Both the position numbers and the translations under genes were made by a program. A stretch of DNA of 64,000 nt. It comes from Eledone cirrhosa. Its lineage: Eukaryota. The stretch covers positions 186,744,001-186,808,000 of the forward strand of contig OZ024742.1 in assembly GCA_964016885.1 (NCBI GenBank), written 5' to 3'. Below, piece by piece: positions 50,171 through 62,000 of this stretch (positions are counted from its first letter, which is position 1; every line of letters begins with the position of its first letter). The notes below the pieces were generated by a model. It was not told the origin of the DNA and ran no database searches. It was given only the letters and a program-made list of their open reading frames with translations.

Positions 50171-52264
50171 ATGGCTACCAAAAAGAAATTTCATACGTCA
50201 CTCCCACTCATTCCGTCTTCTTCTTCCTCAATCATCACTACAGCAGAGAGAAGATTGTCTCTCTCCCTCCCTTCTTTAAATGTGTCTCTCTCCCTCCCTT
50301 CTCTTTCGCAAGCGACGAAAGAAAAGAAAAGTCTCGTGCAAAGCCTGCAAGGTTTCTCCACGACGACGACGACAGCGACGAAACAGGTGTGCGGGGAATA
50401 CGAAAACCCAGTTCATTCGTCTGACGTCAGGAATAATAGCAGTAGCAGCCGTAATAACAACAGCAACAGTGACAATGAAAACAACAGTAGCAGCCGCAAC
50501 AGCATCACCAGCAGCATAAACAACAACAGCATTAGCAGCAGCAACACCAACAACAACCACAGCAACAGCGGCGGAGGCAGTAGTCGTAGTACCTGCAGCA
50601 ACAAAAGTACCAGCAGCTCTGACGACAACAACAACAGCAGAGAAAAACCAATCTCATTTGCAGGTATTGCGAAAAACTTGGAAACAATCCTCATAACAAA
50701 TGAGGAATTAGAGGAAGCGAAGAAGATAGTGACAAAGAACGGACACCGAGCAATCTGCAAGGCAGCGAAAAATTTTTTCGAAACCCAAGAGCACTGTACG
50801 GTCACGTACCGTACAGTAAGTACAAAATCCCGTAGGGTGGAAAGAGCCACAGAGGCCCAAATACAAAAAGCCTTGGGGTCTGTGTGGCAGAGGAAAACGC
50901 ACATCACCCGAGGCAAAAAATACGCCACCGTAGACGTACTTTTTGCCACACCCCAGGAGGCAAAGGCCCAATCAGTAGTGACCCTAAGGAGCGAGGAAAT
51001 GGTGTTGGTGCCCTCCTACTGCGGGCAAAAAATTGTGAGGGTCAAACTGACACACGTCCCCCCCGGAATGACCCCTTCTTGGCTGGCCGCGTCTGTCCTC
51101 GTCGGAATCGAGGACAAAACAACTGTACTGCAAGTACAGAAAAAAGTAAGAGAAGATTGGGTCGGCTCCTCCATTGAGATGCTAATCCAAACCAACCAGG
51201 AGTGCATCGAAGCTATCCCGGATGTGATAGACTTCGATAACGGCACTCAACTGCCCATAAGTGTTGAGGGCAAACGCCCGAAATGCTTTCGCTGTGGATC
51301 GAAGACTCACCTCAGGGCCTTCTGCAACGAGAAGACCCTGAGAAAGGAGAAAACCCCCCTTCTTCCGAATCCGGCTCCACGGCTACCAGCAACAGGACAA
51401 GCGGCAACCAGGAACGATAGGTCCGTGGCACCCATACCCACTCCACGGAAATCAAAGACAGCAGCAGCAGTGGAAATATTAACAACAACAACAGCAATAC
51501 CAAATGCAGCTGCAACAGAGACTCCAGTGCAAACATCACCAACAACAACAAGTGAAAGAGTGGAGCTGGTACCCCTCCCCGACATTACAGAATCAGACAT
51601 GGAGTGTGAGGTGGGAGAGGGATGGCAAAAGGTCGCAAGAAGGCACAAACGCAGAAGCAGCGCATCGTCGCCTTTGAAAAGGGAGGAAAGAAATGAGAAA
51701 AGGGTAAAGTCTACTGCAAAGAGACCCACAGCAGCAACAACACCAACACCATCACCACCCACACTAGCGCCACCATCACCACCGGCGACAACCCCACCGC
51801 CAACAACACCTTCAACACCACCACCACAAGCACCAACATCGCAAACACAACAACAAAACACATACACCCAGCAACAACGACAAGAAAATAGCAGAACCAC
51901 ACCCCACCCCCAGAAAAACAAATGCACGGCAATAAATACAGACAACAAGAAACTAATGACTTACATAATTGAACACACAGACATTTCACAACAGGACTAC
52001 ATAATACCAGCACCAATCAAAACGCCAACTAACATAAGACTGCTAAAAATAGCACAGAAACAATACACAAACATTAAAACGAAATTCCCCAACGCAGTTG
52101 GTGATTTCAGGGACCTAGGAGGAACCATCAATCGAAGAGTATACTCAGACATTCTCTTAGAAGAGCCGACGACCAGCCGAAGGGACGATTCAACGGTCCC
52201 TTCACCAGACGATCAAGTGAAAAGGGATGTAAAAACCATCCCTCCTCTACCAAAAGTACGGTAA
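50171..52264 (+). CDS. Tx1 ORF1 nucleic-acid-binding protein (CCHC knuckle, S/N- and P/T-rich regions)
   Basis: Open frame from ATG 50171; CFRCGSKTHLRAFC; homologous to the ORF1s of copies 1 and 3. Confidence 0.9.
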   Translation: MATKKKFHTSLPLIPSSSSSIITTAERRLSLSLPSLNVSLSLPSLSQATKEKKSLVQSLQGFSTTTTTATKQVCGEYENPVHSSDVRNNSSSSRNNNSNSDNENNSSSRNSITSSINNNSISSSNTNNNHSNSGGGSSRSTCSNKSTSSSDDNNNSREKPISFAGIAKNLETILITNEELEEAKKIVTKNGHRAICKAAKNFFETQEHCTVTYRTVSTKSRRVERATEAQIQKALGSVWQRKTHITRGKKYATVDVLFATPQEAKAQSVVTLRSEEMVLVPSYCGQKIVRVKLTHVPPGMTPSWLAASVLVGIEDKTTVLQVQKKVREDWVGSSIEMLIQTNQECIEAIPDVIDFDNGTQLPISVEGKRPKCFRCGSKTHLRAFCNEKTLRKEKTPLLPNPAPRLPATGQAATRNDRSVAPIPTPRKSKTAAAVEILTTTTAIPNAAATETPVQTSPTTTSERVELVPLPDITESDMECEVGEGWQKVARRHKRRSSASSPLKREERNEKRVKSTAKRPTAATTPTPSPPTLAPPSPPATTPPPTTPSTPPPQAPTSQTQQQNTYTQQQRQENSRTTPHPQKNKCTAINTDNKKLMTYIIEHTDISQQDYIIPAPIKTPTNIRLLKIAQKQYTNIKTKFPNAVGDFRDLGGTINRRVYSDILLEEPTTSRRDDSTVPSPDDQVKRDVKTIPPLPKVR

Positions 52265-52299
52265 GTGGTCTTTCCCATCTTTTCCACTCTATTTTAAAC

Positions 52300-55200
52300 A
52301 TGACCTCACTCAGAATAGGCAGCATAAATGCGCGTGGCTTGGGGTCGTCATGGAAGCAGGGTCACCTGCTCAACGACCTCAGGTCACTAAACATAGATGT
52401 AGTGGCCATCAGCGAGACCAGAATCTCCGAAGCACGGGCCTTCGCACCGATCTTCGGCGGCTTCGATGTGTACGCATCTCCCAGCCGTCCTGGATCGGGT
52501 GGAGGAGTTGCTGTGCTTTTTCGGAGAGGTTTGGATCTCGCCATACGGGCCATCTTCCTGGACCCAGAGGGTAAGCTGGTGGTGCTGGACGTGACCAGCG
52601 GAGACGGGCAAGCTTTCAGGCTAGTGGCCGTCTATGCCCCGACAGGAGCAGGGCGGCCTGATTTCTTCCGGCGTCTGGAGACCTTTCTTGGAACGTCCCG
52701 CTCTTTAGTGTTAGTGGGCGACTGGAACGGGATCTTAGATGCACGCTGGGACTGTGTGGGATTAGCGGATAGGGGTGGAGGGTGCAAGAGCCTCACCAAC
52801 CTGCTCAGGCGTTTTGAACTGTCTGACAGGTACCGATTGGATTTCCCGAATGTGCCAATGTGGACTTGGACAAATCAGAACGGGTCATCCAGATCATATC
52901 TAGATAGAGTATTTTGTAGGGAAATAGATAGGTCTAGCATAGGCTGTCCACAATTCAAGATAGTCAGCTACACGGACCACAAATTCGTGATCTGTGTGCT
53001 TGACTTAGATAGGCTTAATAGACGAGGACCCGGCTACTGGAAGCTAAACGCGTCCTTACCAGCGCGCAAGGCCTACAGAGACCGGATTAGCGAACTAGTT
53101 AAGCGGGCGTTGACGGGGGCCATCGTCAACAACAAGTGGTGGTTTGCTCTGAAAAGAGCGATTAGAATAGAATCGATTAGGTTTAGTAAGGCTTTAGCAA
53201 TAGAGAAAAATAGAGCAGAGGGAGAACTAGTTAGAAAATTAGACGAGGCGCTTAGCAAAGGCATTGCGACCGACGTGCTTGCGGCGAAATTGGCCCTTGA
53301 CCAATTCTTCAATGCAAAGCACGAAGGCTGCGTTGTCAGAGCAAGGGTGCGTGCTCTCAGACACGAGGGGACGAAAGCCGTGCAATGGGCCCGAGTGGCG
53401 GAGGCGCGTCGTGGCAACAAAGCCACGATCCGGTCTTTGGTGGACCACGACGGGCGCATGCTACTCGATCCCGGGCAAATGTGTGAAGCTTTTCAGCGAC
53501 ACTTCGCTCAGCTGTTCGGGGGCAGCGGTGGGCCGGGTAGAGGGATGGACTTTAGTGTCTACCTCGACGGACTGCCGCGGCTCTCGGCCACTGAGGCGAA
53601 GTGTTGCGAAAAGCCGATAACAGCCGCTGAAGTAAGGGAGGCAATGACTGGCTGCACAAGGGGTAAATCGCCTGGTTTGGATGGTCTGCCCTATGAACTT
53701 TACGTACAGATGCCAGACTTGTTCGGAGGCCTCTTGGCGGACGTCTACTGCAACTGGCAACAGAACGGGAGAATTCCCAGTTCTGTGAGCCGAGGAGCGG
53801 TGGCACTGCTGAGAAAGGATCCGAACAAGGGGGATAACATAGAAAATTTCCGGCCCATAACTCTGCTAAACACAGAGTTTAAGATTTTGGCCAAGGTGCT
53901 AGCAAAGAGGTTGGCGCTTGTCGTTGGTGGTCTGGTGGGAGAGGCGCAGACATGCGCCATTCCCGACAGATCCATCCACGACAACCTCCACCTCATGCGA
54001 TACATCGTAGAGAGGGTAGCTAGGGAACCTGGCACGGGTGGGTCCTTGATCAATTTAGATCAGTCGAAAGCTTTCGATAGGGTCGACCATCGTTACCTAG
54101 CGGCAGTCCTGAGGGCGGCTGGCTTTGGGCCCGTCTTCAGAGGCTGGATCGCTGCCATGCACAGCGACATCTGCTCTGTGGTGAGAGTGAACGGTCACCT
54201 GTCGGAACCGTTCAACATCATGCGCTCGGTCCGCCAAGGATGTCCCCTCTCGTCCCTCTTGTACGTATTGACGCTCGAGCCATTACTGCACAAACTGGAG
54301 ACGTTGAGGGGAGTCCCGCGCGAACTAGGATGCGGAAGATCCGTGTCAGCATATGCGGACGATGTCACCGTAGTGGTGTCGAACGCCAAACACATCGAGG
54401 CGATCGGCACTACACTAAGAGAATACGAAGCGGTGACAGGAGCAATGATCAACCAGGAATAGTCAGTGGGCCTGGAGCTCGGCACCTGGAGAGGCAGGTC
54501 CATGCCGTCCAACAGCGTCGTCGGGCGCTGGACGGACGGACCGGTTAAATTGCTAGGGGTCTGGTTCGGTCCGGACCTCCAGACGGACAAAAACTGGGAC
54601 GAGGTGACGAGCAGGGTGGCTTCTCTCACCCAGAAATGGGCGGAGAGGAAGCTATCCCTGAAAGGTCGAGCGGAGGTGGCTAACGCGTACATCGCGTCTG
54701 TCATCTGCTACCGCCTAACCGTCGTACCTTGTCCTAAGCCTCGCCTGACTGCGCTGGAGCGTTTTCTCTTTCGCTTTTTGTGGAAGGGACGTGCTCCGAT
54801 GGTCAGGCGGTCCATCTGTTGTCAACACCCGCTACGTGGAGGGCTGGGCATGCCGTGGCTGATGATGCACAGGCACGCGCTCAGGCTACGACATCTCCAC
54901 CTCTTCCTCGACGGTGATCAGGTGTGGTCGCCGTTTGCTAGACGCGTTTTTCCCCAGCTCGTTTCCTTGACGGAGCTGCAGTCCTGGGTCAAGCGAAGAC
55001 CGAGAGGGAGCGCCTGGAGACTGGAATGTCTTCAGGCGCTCACAGCCCTCGACCAATCGGGCAATGTGATCGGTGGAAACTCCACCTCGGCGTTCTATAG
55101 AGGATTAGTGGAGGGGAAGAGCGACGACGTACTTGGGGAAACTCTAGGCGTCGACGAAAATCAACTAGCCAATCTCTTCGGAAGAACTTTCGGGCCAGGG

Positions 55201-55719
55201 CCTATGGACAACTTCCAGAAATCTCTGTCCTGGCAGTGCTACCGAGGAGCCTTGCCAGTTCGGGATAAACTCTACAGGCATGGAGGTGCCGTCAGCCGGG
55301 CATGTCCGAGATGCGCGCATGGCGACGAAACCGTCCTGCACGCACTCGTCCAGTGTCCGAAAATTGCTGACTTGTGGGTTTATGTCGAACACCTGCTGTC
55401 GCGTTTAGGACGGATCCAGCTATCATCTGAGTCTATCGTGAGGATTGCCCCGCCCTCCTCCTTTAGCCGGGAAGGGCAGGCAGTTTTTATCTGTCTGGTG
55501 GCCATGGCGAAAGAGATAGTATGGTGGACACGTTTGAAAGGGCTGAAGACGAGCACTTACCTCTTCGGTGATGCTCTGATTGACTTTTTCAAATTTCATT
55601 TGAAAAGGAAAATCAGAGTAGAGAGGGAAGTGCTCTCTTCCCAGCATTTTGTTGAAAGATGGGTGAGAGAAGCAAGAATGGCCCGAGTGAATGGGCCGAC
55701 TCTGAGTATATATCTGTAA
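52300..55719 (+). pseudogene. Tx1 ORF2 (APE endonuclease, RT, zinc finger) with one premature stop
   Basis: GSINARGL, SETR, GDWN, YLDRVF, TDH; GKSPGLDG, LDQSKAFDRVDH, VRQGCPLS, YADD; CPRC..ETVLHALVQC; TAG at 54460-54462 where copies 1 and 3 have AAG. Confidence 0.95.
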
Positions 55720-56055
55720 ACTAAAGGTGGAAAACTGGGAGAGGGCACTTGCCTTGGTGGTCAGGGTCATTGTGGCTTTTTACTGGGCTTTCTCCACAAA
55801 TGTCCCTCCGAAGTCTCCCCCCTATTGGGGAATTTTTCATTGTTATTTTCATTGTTATTTTTGTTACATCCTCTGTTTTTGTTTTTTTTACACGCAGAAA
55901 TGCCCATTTGTACCGTCCTGCATTGTCCTGCACTGTCCTTAATGTCTACTTTATGTAAACCCTTGTGGTTAATAAAGAAATCATTATTATTATTATTATT
56001 ATTCAATTATTATTATTATTATTATTCAATTATTATTATTATTAATATTATTATT

Positions 56056-58905
56056 GTTCTTTGAGTCTCAGTCATTGATGTTGGTTAACTGGAAAGTTTG
56101 TTGAAATGAATATCAAGCCACTACCTGCAGCCTCAGATATTCATGGCGTAGCGGAGGGTTCTTGCTGTTCCCAGCAAGCATGCCTTTTGAAGTTTTCCAA
56201 AAAACGGGGCGGGGCCAATTTCCTTTAACCATCCCTGGAAACTCTTTGAGATAGTACCTAGTGCGCCTATGACAATCGGGACCACTTTCACTTCATGGCA
56301 GTTCCGAATCTGTTTTACCTCCCACTCTAAGTCCTGGTATCGGTTAATTTTCTCCCTCTCCTTCTCTTGCACTCTCGTGTCGAATGGGCCGGCCACATCC
56401 ACAATCAGGCACGATCTTTTTTCCTTGTCCAAAACCACAAGGTCAGGTCTATTGTGTTCCAGTTTCTTGTCCGTCTGTATCCTAAAATCCCACAGCACCT
56501 TCACCTGATCGTTTTCTACCACCGACTCTGACTTATGCTCATACCACTTCTCAGAATGTGGTAAATTGTTTACTTTGCATAGGTGCCAGTGGATCACCCT
56601 GCCCATCACATCATGTCTCCAGCCCTTATAGTGAGTCTGGGCTAGGTGTTTACACTCGGATACAATGTGAGCCACAGTCTCCTCTCTCTCTCCACAGATC
56701 CTGCACAGTGGGCTAGCCTCGTCCTTGTAAATATGGTGTTTCAACCACTTCGTTTTGAGGGCCTGCTCTTGCGCAGACATTAACATTCCTTCTGTAGCCT
56801 TTTTAAGGTCTCCTCTTTTCAACCAGTTCCATGTTTGTGGATCTCTGAATTCAGTTTTCTCAAAGAAGGTACTATGAAGGGATTTTTCCTGAAGGCTGCT
56901 CTTTCTCCTTGATGTTATTTCCTCCTTGAACATCCCCTGGTCTATTGTCCCCTCCTTCAGTACAGTTCTGAGCATTGGCTCCTTACTATCAGTCACGTAT
57001 TTGTGTAGGTTGTTTTTCTCCATCTGAACACAGTCCTCTATGCTGATAAGACCTTTTCCACCTTCAGATCTCCTTAAGTAGAGTCTATCGACATCATTCC
57101 TCTTGTGGAACATGTTGTAGATAGTCAATAGCTTCCTAGTCTTCCTATCCATTTCTTTTTGTTCAGCAACATTCCATCTCAGAATTCTCGCACTGTACCT
57201 AATAATAGACACAGCTCGGGAATTTACTGCACTTATGGCATTCCTACTGTTCAGATCTGACTTTAATACGCTCCTTATTCTCCGAATGTATTCAGTTCTT
57301 ATCAATTCCTTCATTTTTTTGTTCTTGATGTCATCAGCCTCCAGAACACCCAAATACTTGTATTCTTCTTCAGAGTCAATTTCCTTTATCATCTCACCTG
57401 TTGGTACCTGGATTCCGTTACTTCTGCTCAATTTACTCCCTCTTCATCACAAGGACTCCACACTTACTAATACCAAATTGCATACATATATCATTGCTGA
57501 AAATACGGACAGTGTCAACAAGCACATCCATCTCCTTCTCACTCTTCCCAAAGAGCTTAAGATCGTCCATGAAGAGAAGGTGATTGATGGTAAGCCCTCC
57601 CTTTCACAACCTGTTTCCTGCTCTCACTTTTCGCAGTACACTGGTCAGGGGCATCAGGGCAAGGACAAACAACAGAGGGGACAGACTATCTCCCTGGAAG
57701 ATACCTCTCTTGATCTTCACGCTTCCCAAGGATTCTCCAGTTGATGTTAACTCTGTTTCCCAGGACTTCATACTTTTGCCCAAAACTGTCTGATGTTATC
57801 TGCCACCTTGAAGATCTCCAGGCTTTTGGTGATCCGAGAATGAGGCACCATGTCAAATGCCTTTTTGTAGTCTATCCATCCCATGGCAAGACCAGTGTGT
57901 CTCCTCTTGCAATTCCTCATTACCATCTTATCAATAAGTAACTGGTCATTTGTACCACGTGACTTCTTTCGGCATCCTTTCTGTTCGTCCGGTAACAAGT
58001 TGTTTGTGTAGAGGTGATGGTAGATTTCCTCAGACATAATGCTTGTCAACAGTTTCCACATTACGGACAGACATGTGATAGGTCTATAGTTGGTAACATC
58101 ATTACCCTTGATTCGGTCTTTCATTATCAGAACTGTGGTATCTTTGTCAACCACTCTGGTACCTCACCTGACATCAAGCAGTCATTGAACATGGTTGTCA
58201 GTTTCGGGTGGAGGGATGTTATATTTTTAATCCAATACCCCTGCACACCATCTGGGCCTGGTGATTTCCAGTTGGTTAGTTTTTTGGCCTGCCCCTTAAG
58301 AGTTTCAACTGTGATACTCAAATCAGTTTGTTGGTGTGCCTATTCACTAATCTCCTTCTGTACTGTTTCAATCCACACTGCCTGGTCATTATGTTTAACA
58401 TCTTGCTCCCATATTCCACTCCAGAATGTTTTAGTTTGTTCCGCCTCAGGGATCAAGTCGTTGCCTCTTTCTTTCACTTCAAGCTCTCCAAACAGTATCT
58501 TCTGGTTGTTGTCGAACATGCGGTTGTCTATACTGACTCTGTTCTCGTATCGCCTGATTTTTGCACTCTTTGCTACAATGCATTGCTTCAGTTCTTCTAT
58601 GATAATATTTAGCTTTTTCCTCCTAGTTTTGTACTTTATTTCCAGTCTATTTTTAGTGTCTATGTTTTTTAGTGTCCCATTCAGTAGGGACTCAAGCTTT
58701 CCAATGTCATTTCTCATTTCCCTGATTTGACCACTCAGTTGTTTCTTCCACCAAGGCTCTGATCTTTCTTGTCTGTTGTTTCCTCTCGCTTTTATACCAA
58801 GTAGTTTCCTCACCGTATTTGCTGTTGCTTTGAGGATATTGTTGCACTGGTGAAGGCTCCTCGCCTCAAGGTATAGGATGACTTTGTTTACCTTAGCTGT
58901 TTACC
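56056..58905 (-). mobile_element. R4/Dong-clade RLE element family C, 5'-truncated, with (TAA)n tail
   Basis: [60 protein letters not shown]; 3' end GAAC-AATAAT. Confidence 0.93.
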
Positions 58906-58983
58906 TCATCCTTACGGGGTTGATAAAATAAAGTACCAGTAATGCACTGGTTAATTGCTGGCCTTGTGCCTAAAGTAGAAACA

Positions 58984-59040
<57 letters not shown>
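58906..59040 (+). mobile_element. 3' half of S1 SINE with long (ATT)n tail
   Basis: TCATCCTTACGGGGTTGATAAAAT...GTAGAAAC then (ATT)n 58984-59040. Confidence 0.88.
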
Positions 59041-62000
59041 GGCCTACGTAGTAAATCGTATTATCGTGAGCTCCGCAAAGGTTTGTTATTTTCAGTTGTT
59101 TAAAATTGCCATTTATGGAAAATTTTTATTGTTATCTGAATAACATACATTGTTATCTGAAAAGGACACTCAAAAAGATTGGGTCCTTGAGCCCCAAATT
59201 TAAACTTTTATAATTATCAAACAAAAAATCTTTATTTGAAAAATCATAGACGACTCAGATCACACCTTCCTCACAAACTAACACCTCACACCGACGCCAC
59301 CATTGTAAATATTACTACGTTTGCCAACACTAAAAATATAAGCAGTAGCAATATTTTAAATTTGTCTCAGGCAGACATTCATTTCCCGCCATTACCAATG
59401 ACTGCAGGTGTTGAAGCCGCCACCCCCACCACCACCACAGCGACAACAGAAAGAAAGGAAAAAAATAAATTATCTCGTGATATCGAAATGAAATTACCCA
59501 AAATGAAATTTTCTACACCGAACACCACTGACGCCACCACCACCACAACTGAAACTAAAATTAACAATAATAAAAATAACGATAACTACAACAGCAACAA
59601 TGAAATTAAGAAAACCACCCTGTGTTTTGCCAGAGTAGCAAAAAAGTGCGAAGCATTCCAGGTAACTCAGGAGGAATTAGAAGAAGCCAAAAGAATGGGA
59701 AAGAAAGATGGGTACAGGGTCAGCCCCCCACCCCCACCTAATAACATGGAGCATCGGCGCCTATGCACCGTGTCTTATCGGACGATTAACATAAAATCGC
59801 GCCGAGTGGAACGGGCATCCAAAAAGCTTTGGGACATGTGAGGGCAAAAAATCCCACATCAGACGTGGGCAGAAATATGGAACCGTGGACGTGTTCTTTG
59901 AAACACCACAGGAGGCCAGAGAACACCCCATGGCCCCATTAAGAAGTGACGACTTCACACTCGTCTCAAGCTATTGTAGCCAGAGACTCGTGAAGATCAG
60001 AGTGACCCACGTTCCACCGCCCATCGAAATTCCCTGGCTAATGGCTGCCGTCCTCGCCGGCATCGAAGCCAACACCAAGATAATCGAAATAGCGAAAGAA
60101 AAGCAGGAGAACTGGTCCGGATCTGGGATGGAGCTCCTGATCCAAGCGGACCAAAAAAGCATTAAGGAGATCCCAGAGGTAATAGACCTCACTGACGGCA
60201 GCCACCTCACCGTAATCGTCGAGCGCAGAAGGCCTAGGTGTGTCGTTTGTGGTGAAGGAACCCACCTAAGGGCTTTCTGCCCTCAGGCTAAAAGGTTGAG
60301 GCCACCTCTCTTACCCACCCCAGCGACTCAACCATCAACACCACCAGCAGCAGAAATGGCAGCAACAACAGAAGCAACTGAAACAGCCACAACCCCAGCA
60401 ACAGTAGCAAAACCAACACCACCACCACCCAACGCGCCAGAACTAGCACCAGCACCTACACCATCCACCACGCCACAACCAAAACCAATGCCTGTGGAGG
60501 ATTTTCCACTCCCCGACCTATCACAATGGAGACAGATTGTGACGACGAGGAGTGGGAAACGGTATCAGGAAAAAAGAAAAAAGAAAAAGAAACCAAAAAA
60601 GAAAAAAAAATCATCTTCCTTCCCCCTCCAAAAACAAAATACAGAGGAAAACAAATAAACTATCAAACATAAAAGTTAGGACAGCTATGCCACCATCCAC
60701 ACCAGCATCACCAACCCCATCACCACAAATACCAACACCATCACCATCATTAACCCCAACACCACCATCAACAACACCACAAAAGTTACCAAATAGCGAA
60801 ACAGAAACAAACCTACAACAAACGCAAACAAAACAAAATAACCAAAACGATACACACTACACAGCATTAAATTTGAGCAACAACCAATTATTACACTACA
60901 TGCAACACAACACGGGCATCACAGAAAAGGACTACACAACAACCCAAAAGTTCACACCACCTCTACACATACAAATCACTCGCATCACACAGAAAACGTA
61001 CACGACACTAAAACAAAAATTCCCCAAAGACATCAGAGACTTCCGACAAGCACTCTCCAGGAGGATTTATAAGGACATCCTTCCGGAGGAGGCCATAAGC
61101 AGTGAAAAGGATGGAGAAACCATCCTTCCTCTACGTGGTCCATTTCAACATGACCTCACTCAGAATAGGCAGCATAAATGCGCGTGGCTTGAGGTCGTCA
61201 TGGAAGCAGGGCCACCTGCTCAACGACCTCAGGTCACTAAACATAGATGTAGTGGCCATCAGCGAGACTAGAATCTCCGAAGCACGGGCCTTCGCACCGA
61301 TCTTCGGCGGCTACGATTTGTACGCATCTCCCAGCCGTCCGGGATCGCGGGGAGGAGTTGCTGTGCTTTTTCGGAGAGGTTTGGATCTCGCCATACGGGC
61401 CATCTTCCTGGACCCAGAAGGTAAGTTGGTGGTGCTGGACGTTACCAGCGGAGACGGGCAAGCTTTCAGGCTAGTGGCCATCTATGCCCCGACAGGAGCA
61501 GGGCGGCCTGATTTCTTCCGGCGTCTGGAGACCTTTCTTGGAACGTTCCGCTCTTTAGCGTTAGTGGGTGACTGGAACGGGATCTTAGATGCACGCTGAG
61601 ACTGTGTGGGATTAGCGGATAGGCGTTTTGAACTGTCTGACAGGTACCGATTGGATTTCCCGAATGTGCCAATGTGGCCTTGGACAAATCGCATAGGGTC
61701 ATCCAGATCATATCTAGATAGAGTATTTTGTAGGGAAATAGATAGATCTAGTATAAGCTGTCCACAATTCAAGATAGTCAGCTACACGGACCTCAAATTC
61801 GCGATCTGTGTGCTTGACTTAGATAGGCTTCAGAGACGAGGACCTGGCTACTGGAAGCTAAACGCGTCCTTACCAGCGCGCAAGGCCTACAGAGACGGGA
61901 TTAGCGAACTAGTTAAGCGAGTGTTGACGGGGGCCATCGTCAACAACAAGTGGTGGTTTGCTCTGAAAAGAGCGACTAGAATAGAGTCCACTAAGTTTAG

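Larger units (their letters stand above)
49958..56055 (+). mobile_element. L1/Tx1-clade element copy 2, apparently full length
   Basis: 5' UTR, ORF1, ORF2, 3' UTR, AATAAA at 55971, (ATT)n tail. Confidence 0.96.

Noticed and set aside
54460-54462. Programmed stop-codon readthrough in ORF2
   Set aside because: Both sister copies have AAG, so a point mutation is simpler.
57235-58730. Plus-strand ORFs of 169 and 238 aa
   Set aside because: Antisense shadows of the R4-C coding region with no recognisable motifs.
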